Of a DNA stretch of 60,311 nt, positions 40,774 to 53,520 are shown in pieces. A program made the position numbers and the translations under genes. The stretch covers positions 4,153,724 through 4,214,034 of the forward strand of contig NC_068991.1 in NCBI RefSeq assembly GCF_001194135.2, in the 5' to 3' direction. The DNA comes from Octopus bimaculoides (Eukaryota). The notes beneath the pieces are model-generated. The model searched no databases. It saw nothing but the letters and a program-made list of their open reading frames with translations, and was not told the origin of the DNA. Positions within the stretch are counted from its first letter, which is position 1, and each line of letters opens with the position of its first letter.

Positions 40774-43129
40774 GGGGGGCGCTGACTGAATATATTACTG
40801 TAAGCATGTACATATGTACACACACAATAATATGAAGCATACATGTAAACAACCATCTGCACGAGAATATCTGGTTATTATTCTAATTAATCAAGGCGCA
40901 TTTGTTTTCCGAAAATAAGAGAACAACCAGTACAGGCGATACATTCGGTGTTGGAAGTGGCAAACATATACAACCATAATATATTATCTTGCACTATTAA
41001 AAACCAATATTCGCGTATGAAATATCAATAGCTATGTCCAAGTTAATATGCACGAGAACAATTTACATAATTCGTTTAAAAAAAAAATTAACATGTTAAA
41101 AGAGGTTTTAATAAAGAAAACAAACCTGTGCAGGGTAAAGTTTTCTCGAGTCACAGTATAAAAATCATTTAAAGTCTAAACATAGATGTTTAGGAGAAGC
41201 AGGCGCGTAGATGTGTTTGAATACTACTAAGTTAGAGATATTATATCAGAGTAATATACACATTAGGAAGATGTGTCGGGAGGAGGGGGTGTACGTATAC
41301 ATATGTGTGTGTGTGTGTGTGTGTGCCAATCACCCCCGCCACCTCGGAGTATAAGGATGTGCGTGAGTGTATGTAAATATGCAAAGACAAAGAGAGGAGG
41401 AGAGGAGAAGCACACAACACTGGCAAGAGTGAGCCCTGCACGCACCAACAACAATGTAATAAGGTTATATAGTATTAACTGTTACGTTAAAGCACGCTCA
41501 AAATTTATGAATGTGTGAGCGTGTAAACACCACATGCATGCTATAAAGTGTGTCTGTGTGAGCGGTTGAAGGAAAAAATAGAAGTGGGGCGAGGGAAATA
41601 AACGGAAGATAAGAGTGAGGGATGGATGATCATCCGAATAGATTTTGTGACTTTCAAAATCAGCGACCGATGATCGATAGACATATATCAATAGATGAAA
41701 ATAATAAGTTTTGTGAAAGCGTAACCTTCATATTAGAGTGCAACTGAGGAGGGGGCGGGATGAAATATGGTAAAATAGATAAAGATAATACGGTGAATGA
41801 GCAGAGATGGGGTTGAGAGATAGTACAAAATGAAGCAAATGCGAGTGACAATTATAATAAGTGCGAAAGAGGCATGCGAGAATCTGTTAAAGGTAGGGGT
41901 AAAATTGTAGAAGACAGTGACTAGACATGTAATGAAGAGAAAGGGGAAAGAGATAATAGTAAAATAAATAATCTGAGAAAAATTACCCAAGAATGAAGGG
42001 GTAATAGAATGAGAAGGGGGGGGGAGTCATAGATGGGGTGTTAGACGGCTAAAACAGTCGAAGGGAAAAGAAAGATTGAGGAGGGGAAGACAGAGAGAGA
42101 GATACAGATATTGGAAGAGAGATGCAAAGAATTCGAGCTAGAAGGAAAGAAAAATGAAGTCAGAATGAAGGATGACAGAACTAGAAGTTGCTATGGAAAG
42201 TACTGGTGATGAACTCTCTGAGAGAGTGAGAATGCTTGAGAGACAAAAAAAATGGAAAACACTAGGGAGAAGCTTAGAGATAGGGGCCAAAGGAAAATTA
42301 AATATATGAAAATAGTCAGAAAAAAAAAAGAGAAGAGAGAAAGATGTTAGAGATGGAGTTAATTAGAGAGAGTTTAAGGCACTGAAAGAATCGGAGAAAT
42401 AGGGAAAATTAAGTTAGGAAAGAAGAGAAAACAGATAAATGAAAAGTGTGAAGAAGATCGATCAAGTGAAATGAGAAGGGGTGAAGGACAAAAACAAGCG
42501 AGAAGGATGAGACAAGACAAAAGAATGGAGAAAATGGACTATCAGGCGAATCGGTTGAAGAGAATTGGTCCAAGAATACTGAGGACAGACAGCAATATTA
42601 AAATGAGTTTGATAGCAAACATGGAAAAAAATAAGTAAGGAACGCGTTTCAATAATACTCATTACCAAGTTTATCATTAATTTTACTAAAGCAACAGTGT
42701 TTTTTTTTTTGTTTTTTTTTGTTAATTTTTAAAATTCATCTTGAAAGGTCTTATCTATATTTGTAGAAGTGTAAAGAGAAATGGTGATGTTTATGCCTCT
42801 ACCAAACCCATATGTAACTACCTGGAATCGAAACGGTTTTGTTGAGTCAACGTCCTGCACTGACAATTGCAATGATTGAGGAAACGGAACAGTTTTACAA
42901 GAGTGACATTTGGTCAGTTGAACCAAAAATTTCCCTAAGTATTTTAGTAGTCAAAGACTCCAAAAACATGAACGAAAGTGATCCGTTTATACATTAGTAA
43001 ACTTAGCATACGGACCATGGATTATGTTTTCACGTCAACCCGTCCTAATTATTTCTTTTTATGTAACTAACACAAAACTGACGACATTATATTCGCCAGG
43101 GAGTGGGTTAAAAACAACTTTACTGACTA

Positions 43130-43540
43130 CAGAATAAGTGTTTTGAAATTTGGGCACAAAGTCGCCAATTTCGGAGAAGGGGTTAAGTTGACTACATCAA
43201 CACCAGTATTCAACTGGTACTTATTTTATCGACCTTAAAAGACAAAAGACAAAGAATCGAGGTCGGCGGAATTTGAACTCAGAACGTAAAGACGGACGAA
43301 ATGCCACTAAGAAATGCCCGACATGGTAACGATTCGGTAAATTTTCAGATTAACATCCGGACGATCTTCACTAGGGTGTTAGGGTTAAGGTTTTAGGGTT
43401 ACGGTTACGGATGGAATTCCCTTACCCAAACCCTAAAACCCTAACCCTGACCCTAAAACCCTAACTGTAACACCCTAGTGAAAATCGTGCAGGTGTTAAT
43501 CTGAAAATTTACCAACGATTCTGCCAGTTTGTCGCCTTAA
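43130..43540 (-). mobile_element. SINE family B copy interrupted by a MITE
   Basis: The family B body resumes AACGATTCTGCCAGTTTGTCGCC after the insertion. Confidence 0.8.
43336..43513. mobile_element. 178-bp foldback MITE with 8-bp TSD, GGTAA termini (Merlin-like) and telomere-like internal repeats
   Basis: TSD AACGATTC at 43328-43335 and 43514-43521. ~46-bp TIR GGTAAATTTTCAGATTAACA...CACTAGGGTGTTA. The left arm is TTAGGG-like and the right arm is CCCTAA-like. Confidence 0.85.
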
Positions 43541-44238
43541 ACTACAGACCTCGATTAAATAAAAGGCTAACTCAACTACAACGGGATTTGAACTCAGGCT
43601 GTAGAGATAACCCTGACGCTCTAACAGTTGGTTGTCTTTACATTAACGAAGCACAAGTAGCATTCAAGCCACCAAACCATCTCATACAACACTGATCTTC
43701 TGCTGAGTTGAAAGAACCCAACAAGAATTTACTGTAGAAGAAATGTTTGCTCAAAGTTAACATAAATGACAGAAAATAAAGTCGCTATGAAACATACATG
43801 TCTTTAAATGGTGATAGAAGACTACATAAATATCTTATACGTCAACTCTGCATGCAGTCGGATTGCCCTCGTTTTATCTCATTGGGTTTCGCTTTATAGA
43901 TGTTCTAAATAGGTGTTTATAGACTTCAAGAACTGATGCTAATAAAACTGACACGAAGTCATGAGTGATTTACTATTTTAGGTCAATAATCGGAAGTGTA
44001 GAAGTTGATTTTCAATGAGAAGATTCTATCTAAACACATACAAGTACCACGGTTTATTCACTCTGAAACACACACACACACACACACACATACACGCACA
44101 CAAACATACGCGCGCGCGCGCACAGATATACATACATAGAGAGAGAGAGACAGAAAACATCGTACACAAATATAAATACACATATTGGCATGCATAACGC
44201 ATATAACACGTGCACGCACGCATAGATATGGGCGTATC

Positions 44239-44415
44239 AGGACAATTACCCCCCACCCCGACGACAACTACCCCTTAGGATAATTACTCCCCTTGGTTAA
44301 TTACCTCCTCTCCAATATATTAAGAAGCTTTATATCATCATGTTGTCGTCGGGGAGTTATTGTGCTGGGAGAGGGGGGGGGGTTATTGTCCATGGGGAGT
44401 AAATGTCCTAGACTC
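44239..44415. mobile_element. Possible small DNA-transposon MITE
   Basis: GGACAATTACCCCCC is inverted against GGGGGGTTATTGTCC, and CCCCGACGACAAC against GTTGTCGTCGGGG. No clear TSD. Confidence 0.45.
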
Positions 44416-44717
44416 AGATATGGGAATCCTCTTGATACTATGCACCTTGTACATAGTTAGGATGGGACCAAAAAGACCCTTTAGTTTTAAGACATGACAA
44501 CTCCTCCAGCACTTGTGTCACCTAAAATGCACCAAGTAAACTCTATAAAGAGATTCGTGTTAGGAAGTATATCCAATAGTAAAAAAAAAAAACCCTGAGA
44601 CGTCTGGGCAAGAAATGGTCCACCAACCCATCAAGAAGAATTCCAACTCCACCTAAGAACTGATTAAGATCTTGGTGAACACCGTCCAGTCCATGCCAGC
44701 ATTGAAAACATAAAATA

Positions 44718-44763
<46 letters not shown>

Positions 44764-44777
44764 ATACACATACATAA

Positions 44778-44822
<45 letters not shown>

Positions 44823-45409
44823 CATGAATACATATATATAAATACATATACATATAAACATATCATCATCATCATCATCATTTTAATGTCCGTTGTCCAT
44901 GTCAGCATGGCTTGAATGGTTTGACTGGGCTGGCACACTGGAAGACTGCACCAGACCCCAGTCTGATTTGGCATGGTTTTCTACAGCTGGATGCCCTTCC
45001 TAACACCAACCACTTCAAGAGTGTAATGGGTGCTTTTATGTACCACTGGCACAGGTGCCATTTGTGGTGTCCATACACATATTTGAGTGTGCATATATGT
45101 ATGTATCACTACCATCATCATTTTACACCTGTTTTCCAAGCTGATGAGGATTGGATGAGTTATCAAGATTAGGGACAGCACACATTTGGGGGAGTTGCTT
45201 ACCTGGGAGACATCATCTCAAACGTTTAGCTTGGTTTCTGTGGCAGAATGTCTTTCCAACTACTATACATAATGCATTGGGAATATTTTTCTAGACACTA
45301 GTACCAGAGAGGTAGCTATGTCCTCAAATAAAGGAACATCGCAAGCCCATAACTCTGCTCGCTCACCAGCCTCTTCACAGAATAAGAAGCATGTGGGATA
45401 GGGGTATAA

Positions 45410-45625
45410 ATGATAATGGTTTTGTTTCTAAGTTTGGCATGAGGCCAACAATTTCCGGGAAGGCGATAATTACATTGACCCCAGTGCTCAACTGGCACTC
45501 ATTTTATCGACTCCAAAAGGATGAAAGGTAAAGTTGACCTCAGAAGAATTTGAACTCAGAGCATAGCAACAGATGAAATGTCAGTAAGCATTTTATTTGC
45601 AGTGCTAACAAATCTGCCAGCTTGA
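45410..45625 (-). mobile_element. SINE family B copy, CpG-decayed
   Basis: ATTTTATCGACTCCAAAAGGATGAAAGGTAAAGTTGACCTCAGAAGAATTTGAACTCAG. Confidence 0.75.
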
Positions 45626-46340
45626 CACTTTAAAGGCACAAATGATAATAATGAGAAGGATGTGTGATAAGAGGCAGAATAATAGGAATATTCAGACAGC
45701 CATCCCATCCATCCATTTTCTCCAGCCACTATTCCTGGAAGGATAGAGTCCTTAGGCACCTTTCCCATAGGGTCCTATTGGAAACAGCTGCTATTGCACT
45801 TTCTGATATATGTTTATTCAAGACAACACAATGTGACTAAGATGGCAGGTAGGAACAGAGGCCTTGTTTGGGTAGGGCACATATATAGGCATGCTGGCAG
45901 TCAGCTTGACATTGGAGAAACAACAAGCAGTGCAGGAGTGGAGAGAAAATGTAGAGTGAACCAGATACAAGTGGTTCTATGTAGTGATCTACATAGTCTA
46001 CTAGCTGGACAGTCAAATGATGAATGATGACAGGTGAAAGGCAGGAGGACAGCACAAAGGAGTGTGGGAGAACAGGATCAGAACAGGATGCAGTAGAAGG
46101 AAACAATGTAAAGAGGAAGGCCAGGTAAGACATAGGCAAGAAGTGGAGAAGGCTGATCTCTAGAAACTTATCCCACAGGGAACATAGGTGGCAAGATGTT
46201 TTGAAGAAGACCTAACTAACCCATGCATACTTGGATAAATGGAAGTAAAAATTATAATAATACACAAACACACATATATGTACATGTGTATAAATATACA
46301 GATGAAGCAGTGAAGGCTTTTATGAATTACTGTCTAATAT

Positions 46341-46521
46341 GGCACGTAAAAGCACCCACTACACTCTCGGAGTGGTTGGCGTTAGGAAGGGCATCCAGCT
46401 GTAGAAACTCTGCCAAATCCGATTGGATCCTGGTGTAGCCATCTGGTTCACCAGTCCTCAGTCAAATCGTCCAACCCATGCTAGCATGGAAAGCAGACGT
46501 TAAACGATGATGATGATGATT
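46341..46521 (+). mobile_element. Young retroposon family C 3' end with (GAT)n tail
   Basis: Near-identical to the 3' part of 10304-10529. Confidence 0.85.
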
Positions 46522-46639
46522 GCAGTTAGGCAGGGATGGATGGATCAGTGATAGAGAGATGATGCATGGTGAAGAAAGGTTGAAGGGAAAATTGGGCAAG
46601 GGGCCTAGTTTTGCACATAAACACACACACACACATATG

Positions 46640-49230
46640 TATTGTGCTTCCAGAACCTCAGTTTTGCTGTGATGGGTGTGTTTTCTCAATCACGTACATC
46701 ACCAGTCACACTTCCTTTATCATCTTCATGAGGTTCAAAGTCTTCTTGATCAGCTTTAACTACTTCGTCCCATGTGTTCCTGGGTGTCTCTCTTCCAGAA
46801 GCTCCATCCACATTAAGTCACTGGCACTTCTTTATACATGTCTTCATCCATACAAGTTATATCAGGTCATTTAGAAGGAAATGTCTGATATTCTTATGCA
46901 CCAAGTTTGACAGTCAATTAACTCCAATGTTTTATCCTGACAATTCTTTGTTTTACGACGTTGAAGATTTACATCATCACTTTTTGAAATGCAATTCATG
47001 GTGTCTGATTATATTGTGCTTTCTCCTGTAAATCAATTTTTGTGAACCCATGGATAGATAAAAAAATTTATGTTGTTTATGAATACAAGTTCCATCATGG
47101 AACCAATACCTCCCAGGCAGCTCGAAACATCAATGAGGTGTTTGGTGAAGATGTGGCGAATGAGCGCACTGTACTTCAAGGGTTTGAGAAGTTCCAGTCA
47201 GGTGACTTTACTCGTGAAAATCAGCCCTAAAACCAAGGTGGATAATGATGAGCTGGAAATCGTAGTGGAAGCGGATATATCTTAAACTACGTGTGAGTTA
47301 GCAGCAAGGTTTGAGGTTTCAATTCCAACTGTATTGGACCATCTGAAACAAATCAGGGTACCACATGAACTGAATGAGCATCAAATGACACATCATCTTG
47401 AAACTTGTTGTTCTTTACTGTCACGACATAAAAGCAAACCAGTTTTGCATTGTATTGTTACGCATGATGAAAAATGGATTCTTTTCAACAATAGCAAGCA
47501 TTCTGCATGGTAGTTGGATAGAGACGAAGTGCCAAAACACAATCCAACGAAGAATATTCACCAAAAAAAAAGCTAATGGTGTCTCTTTGGTGGTCCAGCA
47601 CTGGTGTCATCCACTAAAGCTTCATGAGACATGGTAAGTCAATTATATGTATACATCAACCAAGTGGATGAAATGATGAGTGAACTTGCAATTAAACAAC
47701 CGAGATTGGTCAACAGGGACAGGCCAATTTTCTTGCAAGACAATGCTCAACCACATGTTGCACAAAGAAAGCTACTCAAGTTACAGGAACTGAACTTTGA
47801 AGTACTCTGTTATCCACTATATTCACCAGATCTTGCACCAAATGACAATCAGGTTTTCCCGGTATTAGACAACTTTTTGCAAGGAAAAAAACCTCAAATC
47901 TGAAGATGCAAAAACAGCTTTCGTGATTTCATCACCTCTTGCTCTCCAGAATTTTTTGCTGCCAGCATAAATAAGCTACCGATAAAATGGCAAAATTTGA
48001 TTAACTGCATTGCTTTTTGTTGATATAAAGTAAAATAAACTTTCAGTTCAAAATCAGTCATTTCATTCTTAATGACCTGATATCAGTGCAGTCTTCTCTC
48101 ATGCACACTACAGGATTCTTCTTACACCCAATATTTTTCAACATGTTTGTACTTGTCATTCATATCCCTTTACATTGCACATTCAATGGAGCTTCATATC
48201 TTTCTAGAATTCACATGCCCTTGACATTCAAGGTTCACGTCTCTACCATGTAGCATTGCTGTTCATAAACAAGCATCAAATAATCTGTCTTTCACTGGGA
48301 GAGAAGTCTTGTTAGCCACAGAGGTAAAAGCTGTGCTTTCCCCAGCCTGTTCTTATTCTAATAACTATACTTCCAGAACATCCTCCTCCACTGCTAATTA
48401 GCTCACCTAGATAACAGAAACCACTGCCTCTATTTCCTATGCACTTTTAGAGTTTATTGCTCTTGCACATCTACCACATGTCTACTTTCTCTGTTAACCT
48501 ATCTGTGATATCACTGCAACTCTGTGTGTCCAGTTTGCATTGTGTACACCATATGGAATTTCTACCAACTCCTTTTCTACATATCAAACAAAGCCATTTC
48601 TCTGATGGAGGCAGAGTTCTATCTGTTTTCCTACTCGCTAAAACTTCAGTTTTTGCAAAGTTAACTTTGAAGTCCTTTGATTTCACAAACTTTGAATTTC
48701 TTTTATAATTATACTACAGAGTCAGCTGTAAGAACAAGGTCATCAACATAAGGGAGTTCCCATGGGTAACCAGTCTTATGACCTGGAAGACTATAATGGC
48801 TAGAAAGGGACTGAGAACTGAGCCCTGATGAACTCCTCCTACACACTGAATTCAGAGTTATACCCATTAACTCTCACCATACTGACAGCACCTCTGTACA
48901 TACTTTGTATGGTTTACACAAGCCATTCATCTACTTCTAGCTTCCTCAGTGACCATCAAAACATAGAAGGGGCCCTGATAAAGGCTTTCTTCTAGCCGAC
49001 GAATGCTGAGTGCAGCAGTTTCATTCTAGCTTAATACTTTTACTGCAGTTATGTCACAAAGAAGATGGCACTTGTAGCATTTTTCTCAAGCACAAAAATC
49101 ACACTACATCACATTTAGTCTAATTCCGTTCTTAATCAACTGAGCTATAACTCTTTCCATAACTTTCATGACCTAGTCCAGTAATTTGATTGCAATTTCC
49201 TCCATCTCCTTTACCCTTGTGAAAGATGAG
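46640..49230 (-). pseudogene. RTE-type LINE reverse transcriptase/3' region, decayed and split by a mariner (segments ~46640-46859 and ~48083-49230)
   Basis: Reverse translation gives KGKGD...IKLLD*VMKVMERVIAQLI and KVNFAKTEVL...WLCLICRKGVGRNSIWCTQCK. Both mariner flanks align collinearly with the plus-strand copy at about 51130-51349. Confidence 0.85.
46862..48080 (+). mobile_element. Near full-length defective mariner, same family as 28168-29401
   Basis: TA|TCAGGTCATT... and ...ATTTCATTCTTAATGACCTGA|TA. Motifs HDEKW, FLQDNAQPH and YSPDLAPND are present. Confidence 0.95.
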
Positions 49231-49419
49231 TGCAGCTCAACAAAGAAAGAACTGGAGAGTCTTGGTACACCAAACCCTGGACACAAGGAGGACACTTGGC
49301 TGAATGAATATAGGCATATATATTATTATTATTATCGTTACTTAAAACAGTCTGATTCAGTTCCATGCTATTTCAAGCTTCACAGGCCCCTAATGGGAGT
49401 CCAACTTCTTCAGGCATAT

Positions 49420-49488
<69 letters not shown>

Positions 49489-49770
49489 ATGATCATCGTT
49501 GTCGTCATCATTTAATTATGCTGGCATAGGTTAGATGGTTTGATGAGCTAGAGGACAGCCTCAAGCACCAATATTTTCATCGACACTGTCCTGCAGCTGA
49601 TGCTCTTCCTAACACCAACCACTTGACACAATATGCTGGGTACAGACATGATTTGTGGCATCAGTACTGATGATGAAGGTTACCTCATAACTTGAAAGCT
49701 AAGACCCTTTATCTGATGGAGAACAGAAAAAAGAGAGTGAGTGATGACCATAAGAGGAGGAGTGAAGGAG

Positions 49771-49836
49771 AGTAAGAGAGGGGGGATGTATGGCAAGTAG
49801 TAAGAGAGGGGGGGATGTATGGCAAGTAGTAAGAGA
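49771..49836. repeat. 28-bp tandem duplication AGTAAGAGAGGGGGGGATGTATGGCAAGT
   Basis: About 2.3 copies, seen directly. Confidence 0.85.
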
Positions 49837-50316
49837 GAGAAAAGAGATTAGTGACAGGGTTGAAAAAAGAGAACTTAGTACAAAAGGTGATACAGTGCGT
49901 TGTGTAAGTTGGGTGGGTGGGGAGAAAGGCTATCCAAGACTATACATCTTAAGTGGTACAGAGGAAGGACAGTTAGAGGATACAAAGAAGGACAGGAACA
50001 AACAAGTACAGGACATTCAGAGCTTTCTATCATCAGTAGAGTTCCAGATCATCCCTGCAGTTTCAGCAAGTTGCACTCAAGACTGATCCAATCTAGACGG
50101 TCCCAAGAAAATCTAAGCTAAGAGCACTAGATTCTTTGGAAGAAAACAAGCAAATGTATACGAAAACAAGGACAGAAAAAAAAAACAGAGAAATAGTACA
50201 CAATTACAAATACAAAAAACAAGATATTAACAACAAGTGTCTTTCAACTAATGACAAATTAAATGAAGCTGGTATGTGTGGAGTGAAGCCTTATGGCAGG
50301 AACTCTGGGGAGAGGT

Positions 50317-51349
50317 AGGGGTCCACCAAGGTCCAGTCCTCAGCCCCCTCCTATTTATCATAGTCCTCCAGGCAATAACACAGGAATTCAAGACAGGATG
50401 ACCCTGGGAGCTCCTCTATGCTGATGACATTGCCTTAATTGCTTAGTCACTATCAGAACTAGAGAAGTTTCAGGTGTGGAAGCAAGGACTAGAACCGAAG
50501 GGCTTTAGAGTCAACCTAGCTAAAACCAAAGTCCTAATAAGTAGGATGGTAGACAAAACACAAACCCCTTCAGGTAGATGGCCTTGCTCGATCTGTAGAA
50601 AAGGCGTAGGTAGAAACTCCATAAGATGTATCCAGTGTAAGCTATGGNNNNNNNNNNNNNNNNNNNNNNNNNNNNNNNNNNNNNNNNNNNNNNNNNNNNN
50701 NNNNNNNNNNNNNNNNNNNNNNNNNNNNNNNNNNNNNNNNNNNNNNNNNNNNNNNNNNNNNNNNNNNNNNNNNNNNNNNNNNNNNNNNNNNNNNNNNNNN
50801 NNNNNNNNNNNNNNNNNNNNNNNNNNNNNNNNNNNNNNNNNNNNNNNNNNNNNNNNNNNNNNNNNNNNNNNNNNNNNNNNNNNNNNNNNNNNNNNNNNNN
50901 NNNNNNNNNNNNGCAAAGTTCAGAGAACTCTTACCTCTACTGGTGACAAAGGGCCTCTCACTCAGAGTAAAAGGCAGACTGTATGACGCATGTGTACGAA
51001 CAGCCATGCTACATGGCAGTGAAACATGGGCCGTGACTGCTGAGGACATGCATAAGCTCGCAAGAAACGAAGCCAGTATGCTCCGATGGATGTGTCATGT
51101 CAGTGTGCATACTTGACAGAGTGTAAGTATCCTGAGAGAAAAGTTTGACCTAAGAAGCATCAGTTGTGGCGTGCAAGAGAGACGACTGCACTGGTATGGA
51201 CATGTGGCAAGAATGGATGAGGATAGCTGTGTGAAAAAGTGCCACACCCTAGCAGTTGAGTGAACCTGTGGAAGAGGTAGACCCAGGAAGACCTGGGATG
51301 GGGTGGTGAAGCACGACCTTAGAACTTTAAGCCTCACCAAGGCAATGAC
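50317..51349 (+). pseudogene. 5'-truncated RTE-type LINE reverse transcriptase
   Basis: GVHQGPVLSPLLFIIVLQAITQEFKTG*PWELLYADDIAL contains the YADD motif. Downstream are KGFRVNLAKTKV, CSICRKGVGRNSIRC, ACVRTAMLHGSETWAV and GRGRPRKTW. Confidence 0.95.
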
Positions 51350-51623
51350 CGGGTATACTGACATATACATACTATATATATTGACATACATACTATATAT
51401 ATATATATATATATATTGACATATACATACTATATNNNNNNNNNNNNNNNNNNNNNNNNNNNNNNNNNNNNNNNNNNNNNNNNNNNNNNNNNNNNNNNNN
51501 NNNNNNNNNNNNNNNNNNNNNNNNNNNNNNNNNNNTATATATAATTCTGTGTGTGCGTGTTCCTGTGTGTGCGTATTAATATATTGATATATTTGGGGAC
51601 GGTCATTTTGCCAATAAACACAT

Positions 51624-51696
51624 GCACTATTTATTTGATCTTCACCAAACGCACTATTTATTTGATCTTCACCAAACGCACTATTTATTTGATCTT
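51624..51696. repeat. 27-bp tandem repeat GCACTATTTATTTGATCTTCACCAAAC, about 2.7 copies
   Basis: Seen directly. Confidence 0.9.
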
Positions 51697-52760
51697 GACT
51701 TTAGTTTTATTATTATTGTTAGCCAATTTTTCAGAGGCTCTTTTCAACACGTTCTATAAACTTTTGAATGGCTATCTGTCGTGTCTCTTTTTCTGTGCTG
51801 ACAAAACCAGAGAGCTGAGGAATACAGAAATAAAACAATAAGGAATACGAAGAGTAGAAGCAACAGAACAGTGACGTTCAATTCCAGTAATCTTTCGGTA
51901 AAATGAACTCTATGAACGTTAAATAAACCTAAGATCTCAATCAATCAGAAAAAAGATGAAACCAACTAAAAAAATAATCAATTAGTAAGAAAGAAGAACT
52001 TTCATATTACTACAATATTAACACGTTAAGGCATAAACAAAATAGATTTAATTGTATTATTTGCCAATACAATTTCCAAGGATTTTCACGTCCATTTATT
52101 TATAATTTGTGTGGGTATTTTGTGATATATTTTGCCAATTGAAATATTTAAAGATATTTTCACGTATTGGAAATAATCGGTGAGTGATTTATCTACATTC
52201 AATATCTGTGAGAAATCTAAGTCTGCGAATATGAATATTTCTTTTATATTTCATTTCAGTTATTTCTTCCTCCTTATTGAAATCCCCGTCCGCCATATAC
52301 ACAATATACAGACATTTATATAACTATGTTATCTTTATAAATATGTAAATATATATACATATATATGTGTGTGTGTGTATGCATGTATATATATATANNN
52401 NNNNNNNNNNNNNNNNNNNNNNNNNNNNNNNNNNNNNNNNNNNNNNNNNNNNNNNNNNNNNNNNNNNNNNNNNNNNNNNNNNNNNNNNNNNNNNNNNNNN
52501 NNNNNNNNNNNNNNNNNNNNNNNNNNNNNNNNNNNNNNNNNNNNNNNNNNNNNNNNNNNNNNNNNNNNNNNNNNNNNNNNNNNNNNNNNNNNNNNNNNNN
52601 NNNNNNNNNNNNNNNNNTATATATATATATATATATGCTATATATATGCGTGTATATGAATATATACGACGCCCAGTGTCTTCCCAAGAACATCGTCCTA
52701 CTTTTCCTCCACTAATCCTGTATAGAACACTAAAGTGTCCTTTCCACCTATCCCAGCGTC

Positions 52761-52769
52761 CGATTGGCT
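52761..52769 (-). promoter_or_regulatory. NF-Y-type CCAAT box (AGCCAATCG) in unique CpG-rich sequence
   Basis: Exact consensus match. Function is not shown. Confidence 0.25.
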
Positions 52770-53520
52770 GAGGGCTGTGAGCGTTTCAAGACGTTCTATT
52801 TTCCAAATGCTTTCTCTCGGTCTCTGTTTGACCCAGGTCTACAACACCATAAAGGAGGCTAGCTGCGGAAACACGAAGTCTAGCGAATAACGACGACCCC
52901 TGTTCTCCGTTAAGGGAGAGCTGGAGATGTCTTAGCCTTGGTGTATCTTTGCTGATGATCAGCCGCATCGTGCCCAGTCCAGCACGCAACGGGTGTTGAC
53001 AGCAGTGAGAGTGTCTAATCTAAACAAAATGACAGCAGTTAAAGACACTCTACCTGCATTCAAGCAAAACATAATTTCTCGTTAGAACTTTTTCTGTGAG
53101 TTTTTTCTGGAAGGCATTGCAGTATGAAGCATCGTTAATTACGATGTCTAATGTAGTCTACGTCGGTGAATATAAGTGGAGTGTTGCTATTGTATTGGAT
53201 TAGGAAATATTTAAACAAAAAATAACATCACGAATCTTTTGCTTTCGTTAAACCTTAAAAAATGGCGATACACCTCCAGAATAAATATATACATATAGAC
53301 ACGCACACATACACGAGCGTATATACATTTATGTCTGTAGCTATATATTATATACGTGAAAGGGCGTACTTACACACATACGTGTGCGCAAACACACAAA
53401 CACACAGACACACACACACACATATGTACAAATTTGTAGCAATAGCAATAAATGTGCCAAGGCCACTTTCCAGAATGGAAAATTAGAGACCTTACATTCA
53501 GTGGTGTTAGATCTCGATAC

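Noticed and set aside
43370-43475. Interstitial telomere or chromosome-fusion site
   Set aside because: The repeats are enclosed by TIRs and an 8-bp TSD, so a transposon explains them better.
45780-46150. Possible solo LTR on the minus strand (TATA-like and AATAAA motifs)
   Set aside because: There are no TG...CA termini, no TSD and no second copy in the window.
49995-50045. Minus-strand CTGATGA-TAGAAAGCTCT-GAATGTC hammerhead-like string
   Set aside because: GAAA is broken and stem I does not pair. At best it is a dead remnant.
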